A stretch of 54,873 nucleotides of DNA from an uncultured Collinsella sp. (lineage in GTDB: Bacteria > Actinomycetota > Coriobacteriia > Coriobacteriales > Coriobacteriaceae), in contig CABSMZ010000001.1 of NCBI GenBank assembly GCA_902478875.1, positions 1-54,873 of the forward strand, in the 5' to 3' direction. Made by a program: the position numbers and the translations under genes. The notes beneath the pieces were generated by a model. The model saw nothing but the letters and a program-made list of their open reading frames with translations. It was not told where the DNA came from and did not search any database. Below, in pieces: positions 1 through 10,688 of this stretch (position 1 is the first letter of the stretch; each line of letters opens with the position of its first letter).

Positions 1-16
1 CGCCACGGGGCTCGCG

Positions 17-499
17 GTGGTTCTGGCGCTGCCTGCCCTGCTGCTGGGCGCGTCTGCCACGGGCGCCATGCTCAAGATTGCGCTCAAGACCTTCATTAAT
101 GTGTCACTGGTGTTGGGCGTTTCGTGGACCCTCACATGGAGCCGCATGTCGGCGGCGTTCAAGATGCTGCATCTACCCGACGAAGTTATCTTTACGTTTG
201 ATATGGCGCTCAAGCACGTCGAGGTGCTGGGTCGCACGGCGCACGATCTGTGCGAATCGGTCATGCTGCGCAGCGTTGGCCGTGCACCTGCGGGATTTTC
301 GCGTACCGATTCGATCGCGGGTATCATGGGCATGACCTTTATCAAGGCGATGGAATGCAGCCGCGCGATGGACGAGGCTATGCTTTGCCGCGGCTTTGCC
401 GGTGCGTATCCGGTGCCTGCGCGGAGTGGCTTTGGCTGGCGCGATGTCGTTTACGCGGCTGGCGTGGCGCTACTGGCAGCGTTGTGCGCCGTGCTGTAG
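17..499 (+). CDS. ECF transporter T component (CbiQ/EcfT-like), 5'-truncated by window edge
   Basis: Hydrophobic protein with an 'AMLCRGF' conserved-Arg motif typical of EcfT/CbiQ; directly upstream of an ECF-type ATPase. Confidence 0.75.
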   Translation: MVLALPALLLGASATGAMLKIALKTFINVSLVLGVSWTLTWSRMSAAFKMLHLPDEVIFTFDMALKHVEVLGRTAHDLCESVMLRSVGRAPAGFSRTDSIAGIMGMTFIKAMECSRAMDEAMLCRGFAGAYPVPARSGFGWRDVVYAAGVALLAALCAVL

Positions 500-520
500 G
501 CGCTGCTGTTCCGGCTGGGG

Positions 521-1315
521 ATGCAAATAGGGAAGGGCGACGTTTTGGCAAACGATACGAATGGCGCGATGGGCGCGAGCGGTGCTGCTAGCGCCGAGGT
601 CGCGCCGCTCATCGAGCTGTGCGACGTGGTGTTCTCCTATACGGGCCATACGGTGGTCGACGGTGTATCGCTGCAGGTGGACCGTGGTGAGCTCGTTGCC
701 CTACTCGGTCCAAACGGCTGCGGTAAGACGACGATTATGCGCCTTATTAACGGCCTTGAACTCGCGGACGCAGGGGCATACCTGTTTGACGGGCACGTGA
801 TCGATGCGGCGTTTCTAAAGGACTCTGCGGCCGCTCAGCGTTTTCATCAGCGCGTAGGCTTTGTGTTTCAAAATGCCGATGCTCAGCTGTTCTGTGCCAC
901 AGTGGGCGAGGAAGTCGCTTTTGGCCCGGCTCAAATGGGGCTGCCGACGGGTGAGCTCGACCGTCGTGTGCGCGATGCTATGGAACTGTTTCAAGTTGCC
1001 GACCTGGTCGATGCCTCGCCCTATCAGCTTTCGGGCGGACAAAAGAAGCGCGTTGCGCTGGCTGCGGTCGTATCGATGAACCCGGATATCTTGGTCCTCG
1101 ACGAGCCTACCAATGGGCTCGACGAGGATTCATGCGACATCGTGGTCAATTTCTTGCTGGCTTATGTCGCGGCGGGTAAGACGGTCTTGATGAGCACGCA
1201 TCACCAGGATTTGGTGCGACGCCTGGGTGCCCGTGCAATCTATATCGATCGATATCACCATGTGGTCGAGGCGCCTTCGCCGTCGTATGGAACCGAAAGC
1301 GGTGCTACGGACTAG
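521..1315 (+). CDS. ECF/ABC transporter ATP-binding protein (CbiO-like)
   Basis: Walker A GPNGCGKT, Q-loop FQN, signature LSGGQKKR, Walker B ILVLDEP. Confidence 0.9.
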   Translation: MQIGKGDVLANDTNGAMGASGAASAEVAPLIELCDVVFSYTGHTVVDGVSLQVDRGELVALLGPNGCGKTTIMRLINGLELADAGAYLFDGHVIDAAFLKDSAAAQRFHQRVGFVFQNADAQLFCATVGEEVAFGPAQMGLPTGELDRRVRDAMELFQVADLVDASPYQLSGGQKKRVALAAVVSMNPDILVLDEPTNGLDEDSCDIVVNFLLAYVAAGKTVLMSTHHQDLVRRLGARAIYIDRYHHVVEAPSPSYGTESGATD

Positions 1316-1395
1316 TTGCTGCGTAGAGCGTGCGTAGCCGCCCGCGCGGCTTTGCCGTGATGGTATAGTTATCCAGGTTTTTTATGGGGGTGGCT

Positions 1396-2244
1396 ATGCC
1401 AAGCTGGAACATTCATATCGCTCAGACGGAGCGTTTGCTGGAGCGCACCGGTGCGCTTGCCAAGAACGTGCGCGACCGCAATGCCTTTTTGTTTGGCTGC
1501 GTGGTTCCGGATATCTTCGTGGGCTATATGGTCCCTGGCATCGCCGATCCCATTCCGTACCGCATTACGCACTTTGCCAAGCCTGAGCCCATCCCTAAGC
1601 CTCGTGAGCATGAGTTCTGGGATACCTATGTGGCACCGTTGCTTAAAAGTTCGCCCACCGGTGCGCCGGCCGCGGCGACCTCGATTATCGAGGAACGCGA
1701 GCGGCTGAACCGCGTGCACTATCCCCAGCGCTACAAGGATGCCGAGCCGGTTGTCGGTCCCGGCGCCTGTGAGTTCTCGCTTGCGTCCGAAGATGTGGCG
1801 CAGTCGTTGCTCGATTTGACGCTGGGCGTCTGGTCGCATCTGGTGGCCGATACCGTATGGAACACGCGTGTGAATCAGTACCTGGAGGCGCACGGCGGCA
1901 AGCCGTGTGAGGAGTTCCGCATTAAAAAGCAAGGCGACTTTGACTGGTTTGGCAAGACGCTGGGCATTGTCTCCATCCCGCGCGCGACCGATCGCCTGTA
2001 TACCGCTGCGACGCGTTTTGGGCAGTATCCCATCCATAAGGAGTATGTGCTCAAGACCATCGGCGTCATGCACGAGATTGTACGCGAAAACCCCGGCGAG
2101 CCCGATCATCCGCCGTATCGCCTGTTAACCGAGGAGTTTTTCGATGCAACGTTTACCGAGGTCGTCGAGCTAACCGAGGCAGGCTTTGCGGCTCGCGTTG
2201 CTGCACCTGACGTTCCTGCAGTCCCCCTGATCGCTAGCTGCTAG
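1396..2244 (+). CDS. Putative zinc-dependent phospholipase C/P1 nuclease-fold hydrolase
   Basis: N-terminal PSWNIH, GxxxPD, ITH and GxWSHLxxD motifs resemble the Zn ligands of the Zn-dependent PLC family; ATG 1396 follows a G-rich RBS. Confidence 0.55.
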   Translation: MPSWNIHIAQTERLLERTGALAKNVRDRNAFLFGCVVPDIFVGYMVPGIADPIPYRITHFAKPEPIPKPREHEFWDTYVAPLLKSSPTGAPAAATSIIEERERLNRVHYPQRYKDAEPVVGPGACEFSLASEDVAQSLLDLTLGVWSHLVADTVWNTRVNQYLEAHGGKPCEEFRIKKQGDFDWFGKTLGIVSIPRATDRLYTAATRFGQYPIHKEYVLKTIGVMHEIVRENPGEPDHPPYRLLTEEFFDATFTEVVELTEAGFAARVAAPDVPAVPLIASC

Positions 2245-3314
2245 CCGGCCGGCTTAACGGAGAACAGTTCATCCCAATTGACCAACAGCTCCCGTCGCAG
2301 GGCATCTTCGGTGGTGCGTTCCTGATCGGTCTTTGGGATGTAGGGGAGTCCCGTCTTTTTATGAATGAGCTCGGCGATGTTGTTAAAGCTCTTTGTGTCC
2401 TTGATTTGCTCATAGGTTATCTGGATAACGTCATAGCCCATGCTTGTGAGGGCGGTGGTGCGCTCGGCATCGGAGAGGCTTGCGGCTTCGTTGTCATGGG
2501 CGGAGCGGCCTTGGCATTCCAGAATGACGCCCATGCTGTTGGTGGCACTTTCGATGAGGATATCGGCGTAGCAGCAGGTTTTGTCATACAGTGAGCGCGC
2601 GGCGTCGCTGAGTAGGATGCGCACGTTGTTTGCGATGTTGATGCCCATGCCGCCCTCGTCGCGGGGGAGCGAGACAAGTATGGATGTCTGTACTTCGAAG
2701 GGCGAGGCGGTCTGCCCTGTCATGTGCTCGGCCGCCCAGCGCAGTTTTTTGACGCCGCGCAGGCCTGCGGCTTGCTTGGCGAATGCGGCGATATCCGTTG
2801 CGGAAAGAAGCGGCGTGCGCTTCCACAGGTTAGTGTCATTGCCCTTGGTGTCGACAACGCGTTTCCAACCACAGTCGGGCGGAATGAGCATAAGCGAAAT
2901 AGCTTCATCGAGTTGTTGTTGCGTTCGCTCGCAGGGCTTAAACACTGCAAAGGAGCCGCACATCTCGTAGCAAGCCATGAGTAACTGGTTGCGTGAGACC
3001 TGCGTGGCAAGGCTGAGCAGCGTAAACTCCGGTGACGTGACATCAAACCCATGTTCAGTCTGCCTAAACGACCCCGGAGGTGGTTCTTGGGTCAGGAGGT
3101 GCGATTTAAACAGGCTTCGCGACCCGGATTGTGCCCGAGTGAATACAAGCCTGTGAAGTGGTGCGTGAAACAGGTCTTTTACAACTGCGTGACTTCCGAG
3201 GCCACAACATCTGCGATCCATATTGCCAAGGCTAATGGTGGGGTAAAGGCCTAATACCTGCGGCGGGATGCGGTAGTAGTTAAAGGCGGATTGCCCACAA
3301 AGCGTCAGGTCCAT
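2241..3314 (-). CDS. Hypothetical protein with AbiEi-like N-terminus and DUF559/Vsr-like PD-(D/E)xK nuclease-like C-terminus
   Basis: C-terminal YADILI...VILECQGRSAH...DAERTTALTSMGYDVIQIT matches the DUF559 pattern; VTSPEFT and ASPFE motifs are typical of the actinobacterial family. Confidence 0.6.
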   Translation of the reverse strand: MDLTLCGQSAFNYYRIPPQVLGLYPTISLGNMDRRCCGLGSHAVVKDLFHAPLHRLVFTRAQSGSRSLFKSHLLTQEPPPGSFRQTEHGFDVTSPEFTLLSLATQVSRNQLLMACYEMCGSFAVFKPCERTQQQLDEAISLMLIPPDCGWKRVVDTKGNDTNLWKRTPLLSATDIAAFAKQAAGLRGVKKLRWAAEHMTGQTASPFEVQTSILVSLPRDEGGMGINIANNVRILLSDAARSLYDKTCCYADILIESATNSMGVILECQGRSAHDNEAASLSDAERTTALTSMGYDVIQITYEQIKDTKSFNNIAELIHKKTGLPYIPKTDQERTTEDALRRELLVNWDELFSVKPAG

Positions 3315-3368
3315 AATGCCCTCCTGGCCGAAATCATCTCTTTGAAGCGAGTGATGCCAGCGTCAATC

Positions 3369-3492
3369 CGGAAGTATGCGGCAAAATCTGAACCCTATGA
3401 GCAGACCTGGCTTTTGAGGCTAGTTTATCAGGCATTTTGTTGCGAAAAAACAGGGTGTGCTCGGAGGTTCCAGAATTTGCCGCATACTTCCG
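3369..3492. repeat. Long inverted repeat (22-bp arms, 1 mismatch) upstream of the DUF559-like gene
   Basis: cggaagtatgcggcaaaatctg (3369-3390) vs cagaatttgccgcatacttccg (3471-3492). Confidence 0.85.
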
Positions 3493-3671
3493 AAAACCAG
3501 GTCGATTTGGTTCTTGCTAAAACGATTTATCAGCCCTGCGTGAGGTGTGGTCTTGCCACCGGGTGAACACTTCTAGCGCCTGAGCTATATTTTTTGGGCC
3601 TCGAAGGGTGGATTTCGCGCTTTTGGTAAAGAAATGAGTGCGTGTTTTGCCGTGCGCCGGCATTGGCACAG

Positions 3672-3708
3672 AAAAAGGGCCCGGAAGGCAATGCCTTCCG
3701 GGCCCTTT
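3672..3708 (-). terminator. Intrinsic terminator of pyk (possibly bidirectional)
   Basis: aaaaagggcccggaaggca-a-tgccttccgggcccttt perfect stem with an A-run (U-tail on the minus strand). Confidence 0.85.
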
Positions 3709-3736
3709 GCAATGCAAATCTGCTTGCAAGTACGAT

Positions 3737-5197
3737 TTAGCGTACCTGAGCGACGTAAGCGACGTTGGTCGAGGAGACCTTGTCCTCGAGCTGGACGCTC
3801 ATGCGGGGATCGCCGGCGGTGGCGACGGTCAGATCGCCGGCCTCGACGTAGCCGAGCTCCTTAGCGGTCTCGATCGCCTTGACGATCGTGCCGTTGACGG
3901 TGCCCTGGGTAATCTCTGCCTGGTGCGGGATAACGCCCCAGTACATGATCATCTGCTGGACGGCCCACTCGTGGCGGGAGAACGCGCAGATCGGCATGTT
4001 GGGACGGAAGTGCGAGATCAGGCGAGCGGTACGACCGGTGGTCGTCGGCACGGTGATGCACTTGGCGCCAACGGTGGTGGCCATGTTCACAGCGGACATA
4101 CCCACAACGTTGTTGACGACGCGGGTGCCGTGAGCGTCAGCCGGAACCTCGAGCGGAGCGTGAGCCGGGAGGTACTTCTCGGTCTCGAGAGCGATGCTGG
4201 CCTGCATCTTGACGGCCTCGACCGGGTACTTGCCGGCAGCGGACTCGCCGGACAGCATGACGGCGTCGGTGCCGTCGTAAATGGCGTTAGCAACGTCGGC
4301 AACCTCGGCGCGCGTCGGGCGCGGGTTCTGCTGCATGGAGTCGAGCATCTGCGTAGCGGTGATAACGGGCTTATAAGCCGCGTTGCACTTAGCGATGATC
4401 TCCTTCTGGATGTGCGGAACGAGCTCGGGCTTGATCTCGATGCCCAGGTCGCCACGGGCGACCATGATGCCGTCAGAAGCCTCGAGGATCTCGTCGAAGT
4501 TCTCGACGCCCAGGGCGCACTCGATCTTCGGGAAGATCGTCACGTGCTCGCCACCGTTCTCGCGGCAAAGCTCGCGGATGCCGCGGACGGACTCGCCGTC
4601 ACGGATGAAGGAAGCGGCGATGTAGTCGATGTTCTCGGTCAGGCCAAAGAGGATGTCCTGACGATCGCGCTCGGTGATGGCGGGCAGAGAGATGTTGACG
4701 TTGGGCATGTTGACGCCCTTGCGCTCGCCGATCAGGCCGTCGTTCTTAACGACGCAGGTCATGTCCTGGCCGTCGACGGACTCGACCTCGAGGGCAACCA
4801 GACCATCATCGATCAGGATAAGGGAGCCCTTCTCGACCTCGGAGGGCAGAGCCAGGTAGTCGAGGGAGATGTGCTCAGAGGTGCCGTGGAAATCCTCGGA
4901 CGTGGGCTGAGCGGTGACGACGATCTTATCGCCGGTCTTGACGGCAACCTTCTTGCCGTCGACCAGAAGGCCGGTGCGGACCTCGGGGCCCTTGGTGTCG
5001 AGCAGGATGCCGACGGGCAGACCGAGCTCCTTGGAAATACGACGGACGCGCTCGATGCGACCGTGGTGCTCGTCGTAGGATCCGTGCGAGAAGTTAAAAC
5101 GGGCGACGTTCATGCCCGCCTTGATCATCTCGCGGATGGTCTCGTCGCTATCGCAGGCGGGACCCATGGTGCATACAATCTTGGTGCGCTTGTACAT
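3737..5197 (-). CDS. pyk: Pyruvate kinase
   Basis: TKIVCTMGP, ARFNFSHG, LLDTKGPEVR, MVARGDLG, ATQMLDSM, RPTRAE and MLSGES motifs. Confidence 0.98.
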   Translation of the reverse strand: MYKRTKIVCTMGPACDSDETIREMIKAGMNVARFNFSHGSYDEHHGRIERVRRISKELGLPVGILLDTKGPEVRTGLLVDGKKVAVKTGDKIVVTAQPTSEDFHGTSEHISLDYLALPSEVEKGSLILIDDGLVALEVESVDGQDMTCVVKNDGLIGERKGVNMPNVNISLPAITERDRQDILFGLTENIDYIAASFIRDGESVRGIRELCRENGGEHVTIFPKIECALGVENFDEILEASDGIMVARGDLGIEIKPELVPHIQKEIIAKCNAAYKPVITATQMLDSMQQNPRPTRAEVADVANAIYDGTDAVMLSGESAAGKYPVEAVKMQASIALETEKYLPAHAPLEVPADAHGTRVVNNVVGMSAVNMATTVGAKCITVPTTTGRTARLISHFRPNMPICAFSRHEWAVQQMIMYWGVIPHQAEITQGTVNGTIVKAIETAKELGYVEAGDLTVATAGDPRMSVQLEDKVSSTNVAYVAQVR

Positions 5198-5535
5198 TCA
5201 GACCTCCATCTGACATCGTCTTGCGCTGATAGATAAACCATAAGAAATAAAACTGAGATGATTATAACGAAATGACGACCGAATACCCTCAAAAATCGAC
5301 CGTATGCCGAATTAGAAGTTCATTTTTTGCGGTAAAAACGGTATATGAAAAAACTTTATCAACCGTTCTGACCGCTGCTATCTGGGCGATATTTCAGTTT
5401 GACGATGCGCCGAAGAAAAAACGTTTTATCAATGTTAAGCATCACACGGTCTGCATCGTTGCACTCGAGCCGTGTTTCCAATTGGAATGTTTTGGCTAGA
5501 CGCGCCGCTTTGGGGTACCATAGCTCCACTATCAA

Positions 5536-5632
5536 CTGCCGCTCAGCACGGCAGCCTTGATGAGCCCTTGCCCTTCTCCTGGGAATTATGATCGGGCATC
5601 AATCTGCTGAGTGGCCCGAATCCCAGGAGGGG
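5536..5632 (+). promoter_or_regulatory. Structured 5' leader with alternative helices, including an anti-Shine-Dalgarno helix (riboswitch-like)
   Basis: Helices 5536-41/5549-54, 5538-48/5605-15, 5557-67/5594-5602 and 5573-84/5621-32; the last covers the GGAGG SD. Confidence 0.5.
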
Positions 5633-5639
5633 ACTCTAT

Positions 5640-8321
<2,682 letters not shown>

Positions 8322-8344
8322 GTCGAAAGGCCATCCCTCCCACC

Positions 8345-8435
8345 GGCCCGACCGCCTGCGGGGTTTCTTCTTCGCTGGTCCTCGCGCTTCGCGCTGCGGG
8401 ATCGCTCAGAAGAAACCCCTCTCGGCGGTCGGGCC
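8345..8435. repeat. REP-like extended palindromic element
   Basis: ggcccgaccgcc/ggcggtcgggcc and ggggtttcttct/agaagaaacccc arms enclose GCGAAGC-type mini-hairpins on the minus strand. Confidence 0.75.
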
Positions 8436-8477
8436 TTCGGACAACCTCTCGGGACCGTAAGCTGAGGGAAAGTTTGT

Positions 8478-8512
8478 GAGCCGATCGAGCGTTTGCTCGA
8501 CCGGCTCTTTTT
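8478..8512 (+). terminator. Intrinsic terminator after the P-type ATPase
   Basis: gagccgatcgagc-gttt-gctcgaccggctc followed by a T-run. Confidence 0.8.
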
Positions 8513-8591
8513 GATTTAGGGCTTTGCCCGGCCAGCTCTTTTTGATTTAAAATACCTGCTCAGTTGTGATTTATGGTGCTGGGAGGCGCTT

Positions 8592-9776
8592 GTGGGCAAG
8601 GCGAAGGCTAAGGCGAAGAAAAAGACGACGGGGGCGCGGGCTAAGCGCGATCGTCGTCGGAAGCTTGCGACCGAGGCCCCCACGTCTGCCGAGGAGCTGC
8701 TGGCAAGCGTGCCGGGACTCGACGCGCTGCAGGACGTTCCGGCGTTCGATGACCTGCCGGTCGATGCGGCTCAGCAGGCTGCATTTGACGACTTTTGCGC
8801 ACAGGCCGAGGAGCCCGAGCAGATGCAGCTCGGTGCCGTGGTGCGCCTGGACCGCGGGTTTCCGCTGGTGGCAACTGCCGATGACACGTTTCGTGCCGAG
8901 CATGCCGTAGGGTTTGCCAAGTCGCGTGGCGAGGACGAGGTCTTGCTGCCCGCCGTGGGCGACCGCGTGGCGGTTCGCCGTGCTCCCGGGCACGACATGG
9001 GCGTCATCGAGTGCGTACTGCCGCGCCGTACGAGCTTTGAGCGCTGGCGTGGCCGTGCCCGCGGTGAGCGCCAGGTGCTCTGCTCCAACGTTGACAGCGT
9101 GTTGATCGTGCAGGCGCTCGGTGCCGGCGAGGTGCTGCTCGACCGCGTGGCGCGCTCGCTGGTGTTGGCGCTCGACTGCGATGCCGAACCGGTGGTGGTA
9201 CTCACCAAAGCTGACCGCTGCGATGCCGAGGAACTCGAGCGCGATCTGGACCGCGTGCGCCGCCTGGTGGGTCCGGACGTGCGCGTGATCGTGACGTCCT
9301 CTGCCGAGGGGCGCGGCCTGGACGAGGTTCGTTCCTGCGTGCCTGCCGGGAGCTGCGCCATGATTCTGGGCGAGTCGGGTGCCGGCAAGTCGACGCTGCT
9401 CAATGCGCTGCTGGGCCACGATACGTTGGCGACTGGCGGTGTGCGCGAACGCGACGACCAGGGCCGTCACACTACCGTCGCGCGCGTGATGGTGGCACTG
9501 CCGGGCGACGCCGGCGTGATCGCCGATGCCCCGGGCCTGCGTAGCCTGCCGCTCGTGGGTCACGAGCGGGGTCTGGCGCGCGCTTTCCCCGAGATTGTCG
9601 AGGCATCGCGCGCGTGCCGGTTTGGCGATTGCACGCATGTCCATGAGCCGGGCTGCGCCGTTCGCGAGGCCGAGGACGCCGGGCAGATCGATAGCCTGCG
9701 TCTGGAAACGTTCCAAAACCTGGCGTCATCCATGCGCGTGAGTGCTCAAATGCTCGATCCCGATGTCCATCTGTAA
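8592..9776 (+). CDS. rsgA: Ribosome small subunit-dependent GTPase A
   Basis: Circularly permuted GTPase (TKAD ... GESGAGKS ... GRHTT ... DAPG) with C-terminal Zn finger CRFGDCTHVHEPGC; Lys-rich N-terminal extension. Confidence 0.92.
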   Translation: MGKAKAKAKKKTTGARAKRDRRRKLATEAPTSAEELLASVPGLDALQDVPAFDDLPVDAAQQAAFDDFCAQAEEPEQMQLGAVVRLDRGFPLVATADDTFRAEHAVGFAKSRGEDEVLLPAVGDRVAVRRAPGHDMGVIECVLPRRTSFERWRGRARGERQVLCSNVDSVLIVQALGAGEVLLDRVARSLVLALDCDAEPVVVLTKADRCDAEELERDLDRVRRLVGPDVRVIVTSSAEGRGLDEVRSCVPAGSCAMILGESGAGKSTLLNALLGHDTLATGGVRERDDQGRHTTVARVMVALPGDAGVIADAPGLRSLPLVGHERGLARAFPEIVEASRACRFGDCTHVHEPGCAVREAEDAGQIDSLRLETFQNLASSMRVSAQMLDPDVHL

Positions 9777-9793
9777 TTGATTTTTCCTATGAC

Positions 9794-9828
9794 AGCCGTC
9801 TCCCAACTGTTCGGGAGACGGCTTTTTT
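9794..9828 (+). terminator. Intrinsic terminator after rsgA
   Basis: agccgtctccc...gggagacggct followed by a T-run. Confidence 0.85.
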
Positions 9829-9866
9829 GCTGTGGAAAAGCCTCGAAACATGCAGTTTGCTGACGT

Positions 9867-9929
9867 GCTGACCAAAACCTTGCCACGAGCTTGACGGGCT
9901 GGTCAGCTTTTGGTCAGCGATTGGTTTGA
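9867..9929. promoter_or_regulatory. Putative operator upstream of the Tad operon
   Basis: Inverted pair gctgaccaaaa (9867-77)/ttttggtcagc (9908-18); direct repeats tggtcagc at 9900 and 9911 with an 11-bp period. Confidence 0.45.
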
Positions 9930-10028
9930 CATCGAAAACCAAGATTGCGATTGCGCCGCTTTGCACTCTGACCGCCCAGACAATGGTGGTACGGGCATTC
10001 GCCCGGCACTGCCATGAGAGGAGCGGCC

Positions 10029-10688
10029 GTGAACAAGAGCAAGCGCATCGCCATCAGTCTGGTCGCGGGCGTGCTCGCTGCTCTGCTCTGCATGGTTTAC
10101 GGCTCGTCGATCCGCTCGCAAGCCGAACAGGTCCAGGCTGAGACCTTGGCCAAGTACGGTGGCGATCGCGTCGAAGTTTGCGTCGCGGCGCGCGATATCG
10201 ATGTGGGCGAGACCCTCGATGAGACCAATGTCATAACCCAGGAATGGCTGACGAGCCTGCTGCCGCGTGACGCAGCGACCGAGCTGCGCCAGGTGCGCGG
10301 CGACGTGACGACTTCGCGTATTCCCAAAAACGCCGTGATCTGCAATGTCTACACCAAGGCCGAGAGCCGCAAGCTCGAGGTGCCTAAGGGCAAGGTCGCC
10401 GTTTCGGTGGCGGTCGATGCCGAGCACTCGGTCGGCGGTGCTACGGGCGTGGGCAGCTACGTGGATGTGTATGTGCAAAAAGACGGCGTGACCGATCGGC
10501 TGTGCGGCGCGTACGTGATCGATACCAGTGAGGATTCCGGTGCCACGCGCGAGGGCAAGATCGAATGGGTGACGCTGGCGGCTGACCCCGAAGACGTCAA
10601 GGAACTGCTGGGAGCCTCGGGCAAGGGAACGGTCAGCTTGACGATTCCCGCCACGGCGCGCGGCAAAAAGAGCGGAGGCGACGAGTGA
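10029..10688 (+). CDS. cpaB: Flp pilus assembly protein CpaB/RcpC (SAF domain)
   Basis: N-terminal TM, SAF-like VCVAARDIDVGETL, C-terminal VGSYVDVY; GTG start after GAGAGGAG; first gene of the tad cluster. Confidence 0.75.
   Translation: MNKSKRIAISLVAGVLAALLCMVYGSSIRSQAEQVQAETLAKYGGDRVEVCVAARDIDVGETLDETNVITQEWLTSLLPRDAATELRQVRGDVTTSRIPKNAVICNVYTKAESRKLEVPKGKVAVSVAVDAEHSVGGATGVGSYVDVYVQKDGVTDRLCGAYVIDTSEDSGATREGKIEWVTLAADPEDVKELLGASGKGTVSLTIPATARGKKSGGDE

Noticed and set aside
5550..5570. ttgatgag as a hammerhead ribozyme core
   Set aside because: The core requires CUGANGA plus a GAAA partner in the right stems; neither is present.
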